IMG/VR virus record: IMGVR_UViG_3300044478_000074
Coordinates: 1-47,110 of that record
DNA: 47,110 bases
Source: a virus
Taxonomy: Duplodnaviria > Caudoviricetes
Reading direction: 5' to 3' (one strand)
The notes below the pieces were generated by a model that was not told the origin of the DNA, made no database searches, and saw only the letters and a program-made list of their open reading frames with translations. The translations under genes were made by a program, and so were the position numbers. Of the stretch, positions 26,541-36,197 are shown piece after piece. The first letter of the stretch is position 1. The number at the start of each line of letters is the position of its first letter.

Positions 26541-28123
26541 CAGTGCCTCCCTCCCCCACTAACCTCCATATCATAGCCCGACAGCGACCACGAAACGTCA
26601 GCCGTCGACTCAACGCGAATGGCGAAGAGCCGCCCGGGCAGCATCGTGTCAATGTATCTCGTTGTGCCGATAGTGAAACCCTGCGCTGCCTGCCAAACCA
26701 CAGCCGCATTTTCATTATTCTGTGCGCCAAGATACACATTCACCACTCCGCCCGCGGTGCCTGTAATCTTAGGCCAAACCCGCCGCAGATGTTTCATCGA
26801 GCTAATGTCGGGCGGGCGGTTGGCCTCGAAAGGTATGCCAATCCCTGTCCGCTCAATGAAGGAAGTGATGGGCGTTCCCGCAAAGGCCTCCGTCGTGTCC
26901 GCCTGATACAGCTGCGTTGCCAGAGGTGCACACATGACGAGGCCAGAATTGAGAGGATCATAGCTTCTCTCATCAAACACCCCTATCGGCCCTCCGTCGA
27001 AAAGAGGTGTATCGCCGTCGAAGGTCGTATCCGCCGGATTGGTTATTCCTGGCTCAATATGCGAAACCACTGGCAAGATCCGATCACTCAGCGTATCGTC
27101 CTTCCAGTTCCATACAATGGCCCTTGAAGGGAAGGCCTGGCCGCTCTCCGGGAAGCAAACCCATACCTCATACCGCGAGCGATTGAGCACGACAAAGCTA
27201 CGCTTATACGATGTGCTGTCAATTCGCCCGGCCAGCCAACGCTGCCACCGTTGCGGCAGCAGTTCCTTCGCCCCCTGCCCATCATGCACTATCACGTTAT
27301 CTCCTGTAAACACCAAGTGCTTACCGAACTCGTAATAGGCAATGCAGCGCCGTGAAAGCGCTCCGAAGCTAGTGAAAATCTTTGAAAAGCGATGAACCTC
27401 ACCGCCCCCGATGTACTGCATCCCCCAGACCGAGTCCTCCTTATATATCACATTCGTATCGCGCAGGGGAAGGCAGTCAAGCACGAAGCCGGGCGTCTCG
27501 GCCAGCTCATATTCCCCTGCATCTCTCGTCGTATCCGTTTCGTCCCAGCTCACCGGGACGGCTCCAGGGTCGGTGGGATGACTCCACTTCACCATATGCG
27601 GATAGCGATTGCCGCTGGCCTTTGTAATGTCCAGGGCAACAAGGAAGGCCTTATACGCCCGCAGCGCCGCGCACTTATAATTCGCTTGCCAGTTAGACAA
27701 GGCCGCTAGCGCTGTCGCGACCAGCGGCGGATTCCACATTTGCGGCGCATCTATGCCGTTGTTAATCACTGGAATCCCGCCCAGCACACAGCCTGTCCAG
27801 TTTCCATCCGCCGTAGCAGAATAATCTCCGCCCGAGACGCGAGTGATATTTGTGTGCGATGCTCCGTCCCAAGTATAAACCTTCGCCAATCCTGCATACA
27901 GCCACAGCACGTTCGTCGCTATTGGCACCTGCAGAGCCCAATACGGCGCGATGCTTGGCGGAGCCCACAGCGACTGATGCCCCAGAAACTTTGTCACCTT
28001 GCCATCGGCAAAGCGCACATTCTGCCCGTCGCTCCAGGCATTCAGCGGCATTTCCTCCGGGCGCAAGTCCCGAATAATGCCGTATTGGGCGACCTGGCTG
28101 ATGGGAACAGTTACGAGGGCCAT
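26540..28123 (-). CDS. Tail stabilisation/nozzle protein (P22 gp10-like)
   Basis: 527 aa, beta-rich, VKWS motif; sits before the ejection genes. Confidence 0.6.
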   Translation of the reverse strand: MALVTVPISQVAQYGIIRDLRPEEMPLNAWSDGQNVRFADGKVTKFLGHQSLWAPPSIAPYWALQVPIATNVLWLYAGLAKVYTWDGASHTNITRVSGGDYSATADGNWTGCVLGGIPVINNGIDAPQMWNPPLVATALAALSNWQANYKCAALRAYKAFLVALDITKASGNRYPHMVKWSHPTDPGAVPVSWDETDTTRDAGEYELAETPGFVLDCLPLRDTNVIYKEDSVWGMQYIGGGEVHRFSKIFTSFGALSRRCIAYYEFGKHLVFTGDNVIVHDGQGAKELLPQRWQRWLAGRIDSTSYKRSFVVLNRSRYEVWVCFPESGQAFPSRAIVWNWKDDTLSDRILPVVSHIEPGITNPADTTFDGDTPLFDGGPIGVFDERSYDPLNSGLVMCAPLATQLYQADTTEAFAGTPITSFIERTGIGIPFEANRPPDISSMKHLRRVWPKITGTAGGVVNVYLGAQNNENAAVVWQAAQGFTIGTTRYIDTMLPGRLFAIRVESTADVSWSLSGYDMEVSGGGRH

Positions 28124-28356
28124 GAGCTGTCCTTTCCCTCATCCAGTTCTATCGCCTCGATGCAGTGTCCTGGGTCTATCGCATCCAGCACTTTGCACAT
28201 CCACCGCCCCCACGTCTTGCCCTTGCGCTTTGCCTTCGCCGCCCGGCTGCTGATCGTCTCGTCCGGGTCGCCGCCCAGGGCCGTATTGACCCACTGATCT
28301 GTGGCGATCAGCATGTTCATCGTTCCCTTGCGGAGCCAGTGACCTAGTGTACTCAT
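28111..28356 (-). CDS. Small phage protein (DQWVN..GGDPDETISSR)
   Basis: Recognisable phage motif; function unknown. Confidence 0.7.
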   Translation of the reverse strand: MSTLGHWLRKGTMNMLIATDQWVNTALGGDPDETISSRAAKAKRKGKTWGRWMCKVLDAIDPGHCIEAIELDEGKDSSWPS

Positions 28357-28724
28357 GGGATGGCCTTCAATAGATTGGTGACTTCACTCAGAACGTGCAG
28401 CATCCAAAGGGATACTGCGCCCAACGCCGCTGCAATAGCTCCGGCCCAGCGGGAGGCCACGCAGATTTGCCGCTTCAGGTCCATGAGCCCGTCCTTCTCG
28501 TCGTCGCCGAACAGCGCCGTGGACTGACGCTTGAGTTCCGCGAGGATCGCGGGCGCCTCCTCGTCCAGATGGCGGCGCAGGGCCTCGTGATCCGGCAGGT
28601 AAACCTCCTCCAGCCAGACCCGGAACACCGCGAGGACGACCGCTCCGGTGCGGCCATTGGGCTCTGCGGCTGCGAGCTTCGCCTCGGCTTCTTCGAGGCA
28701 CCTGCGGGTGCGGCGGTCTATCAT
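28353..28724 (-). CDS. Membrane protein, possible holin-like
   Basis: One C-terminal hydrophobic segment WAGAIAAALGAVSLWML. Confidence 0.45.
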   Translation of the reverse strand: MIDRRTRRCLEEAEAKLAAAEPNGRTGAVVLAVFRVWLEEVYLPDHEALRRHLDEEAPAILAELKRQSTALFGDDEKDGLMDLKRQICVASRWAGAIAAALGAVSLWMLHVLSEVTNLLKAIP

Positions 28725-28759
28725 CGCTCACAGCCGCTGCGCGTCCGTCCATTTCCAGT

Positions 28760-30862
28760 TCACAGTTCGGCTCCGGTGAAGATGAGCTGCGAGTTGGCAT
28801 TGGCGGCGTAGAGGACTGTGGCGTTACCGGCTACCAGCCCGGAGGCGACCCCGAACGTCAATGCAGCGCCTAGCGTGTTGCCAGTCCCGAATGTCAGGGA
28901 GGTACACGCCAATCCTGTGCCGGCTGCGTTCAGCACTTGGAAGTCCGAAGCGGCTGATACGGTTACGCCTGTGACGGCGATGCGAGTGGGGACAGGGAAG
29001 GGGATATGGGTAAGGCCGCCAGTGGTCGTGGTGCATTGTCCGGGGCTCACATAAGAGCTTGTCACATCCCCCGCTTTGAGGGTCGGCAGATACCGCCGGC
29101 ACAGCGCCAGTTCCTCTCCCACGCTCCGCGCCTCGAAAGGCGTCGCCACCGTCCCGGCCTCCAGTTGCACCAGCGCGATCTTGAAGTTGTTGGCGGTGTT
29201 GTCGAGTTCGTTGACTTGGTTGGAGGTAGCCATGAAATTGCCAGCGGCCCAGGTGTCGGCGGTGGTATGGAAGTTGGAGCCTGCCGCAAGCGAGAACCGC
29301 ACCCGCAGGCCGCTCCCTGTGTCGTAGAGCCACGTCCCGCTGGTGTCCACCGGGAACGTGAGAATCTTCCGCTCCCAGGTGTCAGCCACGTTGATTGTGT
29401 ATTCCTTGACGTAGGAGCGATCTGAGGCGCTGTTGATAAGGCTAACGCAGTGAATCCCCGTCTTGGCACCCTTCACCCAGAACGACAATGTGACGTAGCG
29501 AGTACCTGCCTGACCAAAGCCGAAGGGTGCGGCATTAAACCCTTCGATGATTTGTGACAGGTTCATTTGATCGGTCGCCGCGATGGAAGCGTCGGCAGTC
29601 GTCACATCAATGTGCAGACAGTGCTGTGTGAAGTGCCCGCCGGTTTGCGCTGGCGTAGGCGCGTCCGCTGTCTTGAGAACGTCCACGACAGCCGATGTGA
29701 CATAAGCGAGCTTCCAGCAATCGGCGGTGATAGCAGTAGTTGCCGGAGCCGTAAAGCTCGTCCCCCTCTGCCACGGGTTCGTGGTGAAGTCGCCACCGAT
29801 GACCTTGTTGCGAAAACCTGAGAGCGGAGTCGTGACAGGCGGAGTGATATCGAACGGAGCGTAGTAAATTTCGTTCGGCTCGTTGCTCCATGTTCCGGGG
29901 CTCGCCTCGGTGTGGACCGTGCGGGCGAACAGGAGGTAGGGGACGTTGGTTCTGGCCGTGGTCGAGTACATCACCGTGACGCTGTCCGCCGTGGCAGACA
30001 TGGCGGTGGTAGAGGCGATCCCGGAAATCCCGAAGTAGGTCGAGGACGCGGCGAGCTCGATCGTCCCGGCGTTGTCGATCAGGTACCAGTAGAGGTCCTG
30101 CGGCACCGTGGACTGGTGTCCCATCGTCGCCCCGCTGGCGATCGTGAGATTGGGGGCCGCAGTGATGAGTCGGGTGACCAAACCTTGGGTGCCAAGCGTA
30201 GTGCTGCTCCGCATCGCCACCGAGATGGGGTTCGCGGCAGTTGGTACTGTGCCCGCCTCGCCGCGATGCACGTTGACAGCGAGCGTTCCTGTAGCGGCAG
30301 TGACCAGCCTGGCATTGACCGGGTGCCCGAGATTGGTCAGGTCGGTCGCAACCTTGTTGCCGTCGGCGCTGAGAGTCGTTCGCGCAGCGGCAGAATCCGC
30401 ATCGTCTAGTAATCCCAAAGCGAAAGTCGTAAGCGTCTTCGACGCAAGGAAGGCGAAAAACGCCGTCCCGTTGCACCAGATCATCGCAAAAGTCCCTTGC
30501 GGAACCGTCAGCGTCGTCGCCCCGTTGATCTGTTCCGTCAGGTTTGGATCAACCGTGACGGCACCGCCATTCGCCTCCACCGCGAACCAGTGCTTGTTTC
30601 CCAGCGTGGCCGCAGCGGTGAGGTTGAGCGTAATCCCTGCCGTCGCTCGAATCAGCGACGTATTATCATTCGCAACGACAGTGTACGTCCCACCCTTATC
30701 CTGCGCCCGGGCGAAGGCCCCTGCCATCCCCGGAAAGGTCGCCTGTAGCGTCGCCTTCAACAACCGCAGATGGTCATCTGCCGTACTGCGCTGATCCGTC
30801 GCGCCAACAGGATTCGTCGTTACCAACTCACCAACATATGTTGCCGATTCGAGCGCCATCAC
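28760..30862 (-). CDS. Tail fibre protein (700 aa)
   Basis: N-terminal DDHLRLLK anchor; RNKVIGGDF..WQRG and QLEAG.VATPFE...EL.LC.RY fibre motifs. Confidence 0.8.
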   Translation of the reverse strand: MMALESATYVGELVTTNPVGATDQRSTADDHLRLLKATLQATFPGMAGAFARAQDKGGTYTVVANDNTSLIRATAGITLNLTAAATLGNKHWFAVEANGGAVTVDPNLTEQINGATTLTVPQGTFAMIWCNGTAFFAFLASKTLTTFALGLLDDADSAAARTTLSADGNKVATDLTNLGHPVNARLVTAATGTLAVNVHRGEAGTVPTAANPISVAMRSSTTLGTQGLVTRLITAAPNLTIASGATMGHQSTVPQDLYWYLIDNAGTIELAASSTYFGISGIASTTAMSATADSVTVMYSTTARTNVPYLLFARTVHTEASPGTWSNEPNEIYYAPFDITPPVTTPLSGFRNKVIGGDFTTNPWQRGTSFTAPATTAITADCWKLAYVTSAVVDVLKTADAPTPAQTGGHFTQHCLHIDVTTADASIAATDQMNLSQIIEGFNAAPFGFGQAGTRYVTLSFWVKGAKTGIHCVSLINSASDRSYVKEYTINVADTWERKILTFPVDTSGTWLYDTGSGLRVRFSLAAGSNFHTTADTWAAGNFMATSNQVNELDNTANNFKIALVQLEAGTVATPFEARSVGEELALCRRYLPTLKAGDVTSSYVSPGQCTTTTGGLTHIPFPVPTRIAVTGVTVSAASDFQVLNAAGTGLACTSLTFGTGNTLGAALTFGVASGLVAGNATVLYAANANSQLIFTGAEL

Positions 30863-31515
30863 TCATCTCCCATTTGATAACTCCGCCCCGCGTGTCGACG
30901 AGCCTCGTCCGCCACCTGCACTCGCAGCCTTGCGTCCGCCGTCATTCCGGCAAAGCGCTTAGCCAAATCATCATCTCGCAGGTGATGCGCCGAAACAACC
31001 AGGCCTGTTTCAGCAATAAGCCAATCTGCTGCGTTCGTGAGCCACAGGTTCGTCGTGGCCGTATCCGCTACTGCCGTATCCCGCGCATAGCCCTGAATCC
31101 GCAACGGATAAACGTCAGCCGGGAACGGGCGGAGATACAGCCGTTCGCTCATATACGCATACTTCTCCGGCGTAGCGGCCTCGCTGTCTGCGTAAAATGC
31201 CTGCATAGCATAATACGCATCCTTGTCAATCCGCACCCACTGATCCGGGGCGGTGATGGTTGTATCCTTCCACCAAACCCCACCCCAGTCGTCGTCCTCG
31301 CGGATAAAGTTCAGCGACGAAATATCCACATATTCCTGCCCCGCCGTTGTGCTGAGTGCCGTGTTATCTATCCGCAGGAACCATGGAAGCAACGCTCCGC
31401 CCTCCATGCGTTCCTGCGCCAGTTGCATTTCGCTCAGGCACGCCGTCCGCGTAGCCGTATCGGTTCGATTGCCCAGGCGTAGCATGAGCAGATTTATCGC
31501 CGCATCTCCATTCAT
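30859..31515 (-). CDS. Head-tail adaptor / tail tubular A-like protein
   Basis: 218 aa; P.KYA...LYLRPFP..VY and TNLWL motifs; synteny. Confidence 0.55.
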   Translation of the reverse strand: MNGDAAINLLMLRLGNRTDTATRTACLSEMQLAQERMEGGALLPWFLRIDNTALSTTAGQEYVDISSLNFIREDDDWGGVWWKDTTITAPDQWVRIDKDAYYAMQAFYADSEAATPEKYAYMSERLYLRPFPADVYPLRIQGYARDTAVADTATTNLWLTNAADWLIAETGLVVSAHHLRDDDLAKRFAGMTADARLRVQVADEARRHAGRSYQMGDE

Positions 31516-34079
31516 AATCCGACTCCTGTTAACATCTTAAGCCTCGTTGCTGCGGCAGCAGCGCCTGAATATACGAGCCCAGCATCAACGCCGGTAAAGG
31601 CAAAACTCCCTGGCTGGGCATCGATAAAGAGCCCCGGTGGAACGAGCGTGGCGGCGATGCCCGTAAACGTAAAGACACCGGGCTCGGCATTAAGCATCCG
31701 GTCGGCGAGAAATGTCGCCGCAACACCACCAAGCGTGAAGGTGCCCGGCGAGGCCTCAAAGGGGCGCGCGGCAAGCAGAGTCGCAGCGACGCCGTTGAGC
31801 GTAAAGGTTCCGGGCTGTGCATCGAAAAGGCGTCCTGCCGTCAGCGTCGCATCAATGCCGCTGAGCGTGAACGATCCTGTAGCAGCATCGAATGCATAGC
31901 CCTTCGCAAACGTCGCATCAATGCCGTTAAGTGTGAAGCTCCCAGGCGAGGCGTCTATGTGATGCGCTGCGACAATCGTTGCGGCAACGCCGGTCAGCGT
32001 GAGCGACCCTGTCGCTGCGTCCAGCAAGACGCTTCGTACAAACGTCGCGGCGGTGCCCGTCAGTGCGAAGCTGCCCGGCGAAGCCTCGAAGGAATAACCC
32101 TTCGCCAGCGTCGCCGCAATGCCGGTGAGGTTGAATGTCCCGGGCTGTGCATCGAACAATTTCCCGGCAGCGAGTGTGGCCGCGATGCCCGTAAGCGTGA
32201 AGGTTCCCGGCTGGGCGTTGATAGAAGCAGCACTAGCTTGCGGCGTCCGGAACCGCGCCCAGGAGACTTGCGCCCGGCGCGGCGCCTTGACGGGCGGGAT
32301 GGCGACGTACACCGACTGCGACTGAACCGCCGTGTCGTGATCCCAGTTGCCGCTCGCCCCCGTGGTGGTCCCGGCACAGGTGGCATGGGCAACGGCGATG
32401 CCTCCGCCAGCGCCGGTCGAAACGGTCTGGTCGGTGATCTCCGTAATGCTCGCCAGATTGGCGTTGGTGTAGCCGCTGGCATTCGTGGTGTCCGCCGCGT
32501 CGTCGGAGAGGCCGATGCACCAGAAGATGCGCGAATTGGCAACGAGCCCGGAGAGTTCGCCGGTCACCAGGTCGGTTGTGCCGGTGCCGTGACCCGTGCC
32601 AGAGCCAACCTTGATGTCGGTGGCGACGCTGGTGACGCTGTGAGTGCCCGTCGTGATGGCGAACATGCGCCCGCCGCAGTGATCCCCAACGCCATCCACC
32701 GTCACATTGCCACTGCCGCCCGCCGGGGCGAGCCGGGCGAAGATGGTCAGTGTGGTGACGTTGGTCGCGCCGCCGCCCTCTGTGCGCTCGAAGATTTTGG
32801 TCCAGCCACTGGGCGTGTTCGGCGTTCCGGCGGCGGTGCTGGAATCCGAGGACTCCAGCACGATCAGCAGCACATCGTTCTCGGCGTTGCTGGTAACGGC
32901 AGTGATGGTGGCTGAGGTCGTGCCGGACTGAATTCCGGTGCCGCCCGCGCCGCGATACGTGGGCGGCGTGGTGCTGTAGCCCACCACCTCCTGATTGCCG
33001 ACAAGGCGCAGGTACAGGTCGCCGTAGTTGCTGATGGTGTCCGCTTCTGCCCCGGACAGGGTGTAATCCGCCTGCGTCCAGCCAGAACCGATGTTGGTGT
33101 TGTTGAGCGCCGTGGCGATCAGCGTGCCCAGCGAAGCCTCGCTGGCGTAGCCCTGCCGCAGTTGCGCCACCAAGCCGATGTTGTCGCCCGCCGCAGAGTC
33201 CTTGCCGTAACGCAGACTCAGCGTGTGATTCGCGCTGCTGGAGGGGTCGGTCAGCGACCCGAACTTGGTGACGTACACATCGGACGATGGCGCGGTCTGG
33301 GTGCGAATGTAGTCCGCGTCATCCGCCGTCGTCTCGTCAATCTGGTCGTAGATAGTGGTGGTGGTGCCGTCGTCCTCCTCCCAATTGTCCCGAGTAGTGT
33401 CGGTGGTGGGATAGGCGTATTGAGAGGCGACCACCTGCTTGAACGCCACCGCGCCCAGGCCCCAATAGGGGGAAAAGGAACTCCCCAGCGTCCACGACAT
33501 GACGCCGCCATCCGCACCCGCCTGTGAGGACATGCCCCAGCAATCCTGCGCGTCCGGACGCTCGGAACAGCGCGAAGTCTGGTTGGCACCGGCTGTCTCG
33601 GATACGCCCGAGGACTCATAGATGGTGGACAGGCAGTCCACCACCATATCGCCGGACACGGCATCCGTCACCGTCACGGAAGGTGTGTTGCTGGCACCCT
33701 CCGCAGTGACCGCCGTGCCACAGGGCGTCACCTGATCCACCCCGGTCAGGGTGATGCACCCAATCACCTGCCAGTAAGCAGGCGCGGAATCCAGGGTGTT
33801 CGTGACGGTCGTGCTGGTGGTGGGCGGCGCGACATAGGAATAGCCCGCCGTGCGGTTCTTGTTATCCCCCAACGCCGATGCGTCGCACTGGTAATCCCAC
33901 AGTTCAGTGGTTGCGCCGCCCCCAAAGGTCGTCGCGCCATTGATGGACGAGGAGCTGTGTGAATGTGCCGACCCGACAAACGCCGCCCGGTCTGACCCGG
34001 TGGCGGTGATGCTCAGGGAGAGGACGCCATCGCCCCCTAATTCGATGGCGTCTACCGCAGTGTCGTAGGCAACGGCCAT
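31512..34079 (-). CDS. Modular virion fibre/decoration protein (855 aa)
   Basis: T/S/G-rich beta domains plus ten C-terminal 22-aa repeats. Confidence 0.7.
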   Translation of the reverse strand: MAVAYDTAVDAIELGGDGVLSLSITATGSDRAAFVGSAHSHSSSSINGATTFGGGATTELWDYQCDASALGDNKNRTAGYSYVAPPTTSTTVTNTLDSAPAYWQVIGCITLTGVDQVTPCGTAVTAEGASNTPSVTVTDAVSGDMVVDCLSTIYESSGVSETAGANQTSRCSERPDAQDCWGMSSQAGADGGVMSWTLGSSFSPYWGLGAVAFKQVVASQYAYPTTDTTRDNWEEDDGTTTTIYDQIDETTADDADYIRTQTAPSSDVYVTKFGSLTDPSSSANHTLSLRYGKDSAAGDNIGLVAQLRQGYASEASLGTLIATALNNTNIGSGWTQADYTLSGAEADTISNYGDLYLRLVGNQEVVGYSTTPPTYRGAGGTGIQSGTTSATITAVTSNAENDVLLIVLESSDSSTAAGTPNTPSGWTKIFERTEGGGATNVTTLTIFARLAPAGGSGNVTVDGVGDHCGGRMFAITTGTHSVTSVATDIKVGSGTGHGTGTTDLVTGELSGLVANSRIFWCIGLSDDAADTTNASGYTNANLASITEITDQTVSTGAGGGIAVAHATCAGTTTGASGNWDHDTAVQSQSVYVAIPPVKAPRRAQVSWARFRTPQASAASINAQPGTFTLTGIAATLAAGKLFDAQPGTFNLTGIAATLAKGYSFEASPGSFALTGTAATFVRSVLLDAATGSLTLTGVAATIVAAHHIDASPGSFTLNGIDATFAKGYAFDAATGSFTLSGIDATLTAGRLFDAQPGTFTLNGVAATLLAARPFEASPGTFTLGGVAATFLADRMLNAEPGVFTFTGIAATLVPPGLFIDAQPGSFAFTGVDAGLVYSGAAAAATRLKMLTGVGL
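31565..32225 (-). repeat. Ten degenerate 66-nt (22-aa) coding repeats
   Basis: Consensus FDAxPGtFTLTGiaATL. Confidence 0.85.
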
Positions 34080-34081
34080 CG

Positions 34082-34507
34082 CTACACCGGCGCTTCTTCG
34101 GTTTCAGCCAACAGCACGTTGGTCTGGATCGTGCCGGTCATCCGCTCAAGCCGCACCCAGCCCCGCAGCACGGTGCCCTTCTGCCCGATGCGCTTCAGCG
34201 TCCCGTTGTCATTCACCACCGGAGGCGAAAACCGCAGCTCGTAATAGGGCATCTCGTTGCCATTGATGTCCAGCCGGATGCCGCCCGTGGCCTGGCCGCG
34301 GGCGAAGTGCTGCACGCCGTCCACTTCCATGACCACGATCACCCGCACCGTGCCGGTGCTGTCCCAGTTGACCGGGACCGCCGTGGTGGGCCGCTGGATG
34401 CGGATGGCGACTTTGCTGGTCAGTGCCCCGACCGTGACGTGGGGCGACTCCAGCGCGGGATTCGCCGCGTTAAGGAGGATGGGAACCGGGTTATCAAATA
34501 TCTTCAC
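34082..34507 (-). CDS. Hypothetical structural protein (141 aa)
   Basis: Tightly packed in the virion operon; GTG start. Confidence 0.65.
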   Translation of the reverse strand: MKIFDNPVPILLNAANPALESPHVTVGALTSKVAIRIQRPTTAVPVNWDSTGTVRVIVVMEVDGVQHFARGQATGGIRLDINGNEMPYYELRFSPPVVNDNGTLKRIGQKGTVLRGWVRLERMTGTIQTNVLLAETEEAPV

Positions 34508-34848
34508 GGCAACGCCGGAACCACCGTGAAGCCAGCCGCAGGGAATGGATCAGGCTGGCGCAGCAGCGTCATGTCCACGGCTCCGCTCGCCGCCGTGGCC
34601 GCGCCCCAGATGTTCGCGGGCGTGATGGCCCAGGTCACGGTGCCGGTCAGCCCCGATAGGTCAAACGCGCAGCGCACCTTGCCCGCCGCGTCGTTGTAGG
34701 GCGGGCGCGATACGGTCGCTGCAGCGCCGATGGTCCAGCGGCACTCGGTCGGCAGCGGCGCTCCTGTCGCGCAGGGCGGCGATACGAGGAACGGAGCGGC
34801 CTGGGCGAGACAGGGGAAAAGCAGGAGATAGAGAATGTGGGGTCGCAT
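34504..34848 (-). CDS. Protein with predicted Sec signal peptide (114 aa)
   Basis: MRPHILYLLLFPCLAQA-AP. Confidence 0.6.
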   Translation of the reverse strand: MRPHILYLLLFPCLAQAAPFLVSPPCATGAPLPTECRWTIGAAATVSRPPYNDAAGKVRCAFDLSGLTGTVTWAITPANIWGAATAASGAVDMTLLRQPDPFPAAGFTVVPALP

Positions 34849-34851
34849 GAT

Positions 34852-35028
34852 TCAGCTCACCTTGAGCTTCAGCTCCAGCGGATCGACCGTCAGCGCAAAG
34901 TGCCGGCAGCCACACACCCGACAGCACTTAACAAGCAGGTCGTGGCTGACGTGCTGCAGCTCGAGGTTCTCCTCCACCTTGCAGCAGTCCTTCACGTGCG
35001 GGTTAGCGAGAAAGTCGGCGTCGAGCAT
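34852..35028 (-). CDS. Small Cys-rich protein (58 aa)
   Basis: MLDADFLANPHVKDCC...CCRVCGCRH; exactly fills the gap; below the ORF-track cutoff. Confidence 0.6.
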   Translation of the reverse strand: MLDADFLANPHVKDCCKVEENLELQHVSHDLLVKCCRVCGCRHFALTVDPLELKLKVS

Positions 35029-35030
35029 GA

Positions 35031-35477
35031 TCAGGCCAGCGTGAGAATGCTGCCGGTTGTATCGCTGTTGTTATACTTCACGCTGAAGGTCTCGCCGGCG
35101 GCCAGCACCAGATCGCTGGTGTAATCCCACATGCCGATCAGCGCGTCGACTGGGGACGTGGTATCTTCGTTGAAGAGCACGACGTAACGGAAGCTCGTCC
35201 AGCCTCCCGCACCGGCGGTGAATACGGACTTGGTCCCCGTCAGCGTCGCCGTGCCGCTCGCCTCGGCCCAGGTGTTCAGCGTGTCGATGGCCGCATAGCC
35301 CGTGCCGGTGGGCTCGCTGAAATCCCCCCTCGACACGTCCGTCACCTGCGGCTGGTTTCCCGCTCCCGCGGCGGCGGACGAGCGGCCCAGGCACACCATC
35401 AACTGATGCGTGCTCAGGTTGTGCTTGGCCAGTCCAAGCTGCTCAACAAAGTCTTCAAACTTCACAAACGCTGCCAT
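35031..35477 (-). CDS. Structural protein (148 aa)
   Basis: GGAGG SD; GTGY...FRYVVLFN...L.AGETF pattern typical of virion proteins. Confidence 0.7.
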   Translation of the reverse strand: MAAFVKFEDFVEQLGLAKHNLSTHQLMVCLGRSSAAAGAGNQPQVTDVSRGDFSEPTGTGYAAIDTLNTWAEASGTATLTGTKSVFTAGAGGWTSFRYVVLFNEDTTSPVDALIGMWDYTSDLVLAAGETFSVKYNNSDTTGSILTLA

Positions 35478-35478
35478 G

Positions 35479-35928
35479 TCATGCCTCCGTTAAAAGCACC
35501 ACAACACCTTTTGCCGCCCCGCCTGTCGTTACCAATGACAAGCTCCTATTCACCGCCCCTGTCTCAAGCATCGGCATACTGCCGGTCGGGAGCACAAATC
35601 CGCCCTTCGCTGCAATGTCCATCGCCCCAGTTCGGTCCCCGCTCGAATCAATAAACTTCAGGGTCCCATCCACGCTCATCGTCAGCACGCAGCCTAGCAT
35701 CTTATGCTTCTTCGTCAGGTCCGCCGCCGCCAGTTCCGTCGTCCCCGCCTCACTTTGCGCCACCGGCACATATGTCAGTGTCTTCCCCTCATACGTCGAG
35801 GGGTCGGCTACGACCTTCAAGCGAATATATGGCAACCCTTTGCCGGTAAAGCCCTCCGCCCCCAGCGAAAGGGCGTCCAGCCCGATCCCCGACCCATACC
35901 CTGGAACAACAAGAATCGCATCAGCCAC
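35479..35928 (-). CDS. Hypothetical structural protein (149 aa)
   Basis: Operon packing; GAGG SD. Confidence 0.65.
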   Translation of the reverse strand: MADAILVVPGYGSGIGLDALSLGAEGFTGKGLPYIRLKVVADPSTYEGKTLTYVPVAQSEAGTTELAAADLTKKHKMLGCVLTMSVDGTLKFIDSSGDRTGAMDIAAKGGFVLPTGSMPMLETGAVNRSLSLVTTGGAAKGVVVLLTEA

Positions 35929-35930
35929 GG

Positions 35931-36197
35931 TTAGTCATCCTCGGACAGGAGTTCGAACGGCGACTGGTAGTCGGGCGTCACCTTCAGCTTATGCACCTCG
36001 ACGCACATCTCGCCTTTTCGCTTCGTATCCTCACTCACTTCAAGCCCTTGGCTCACGCTCATTATCCGCCCAGTAACAGTCACCTGTACCTGCTTTCCGG
36101 GCTTCAAGTTCTTAATCTGCTTCACCTGGTCGCTGTTAAGGCTAAGGTGCAGCTCCGACATGCGCGAGTCAATGGGTTCAAGTTTATCCATGCTCAT
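35931..36197 (-). CDS. Hypothetical protein (88 aa)
   Basis: AGGAG SD; operon packing. Confidence 0.65.
   Translation of the reverse strand: MSMDKLEPIDSRMSELHLSLNSDQVKQIKNLKPGKQVQVTVTGRIMSVSQGLEVSEDTKRKGEMCVEVHKLKVTPDYQSPFELLSEDD

Noticed and set aside
28101-28114. Extra dyad half site ATGGGAACAGTTAC
   Set aside because: Breaks the GGGG run and has no partner arm; could be chance.
28760-34079. Diversity-generating retroelement or invertase acting on fibres
   Set aside because: No reverse transcriptase or invertase, and no TR/VR pair seen.
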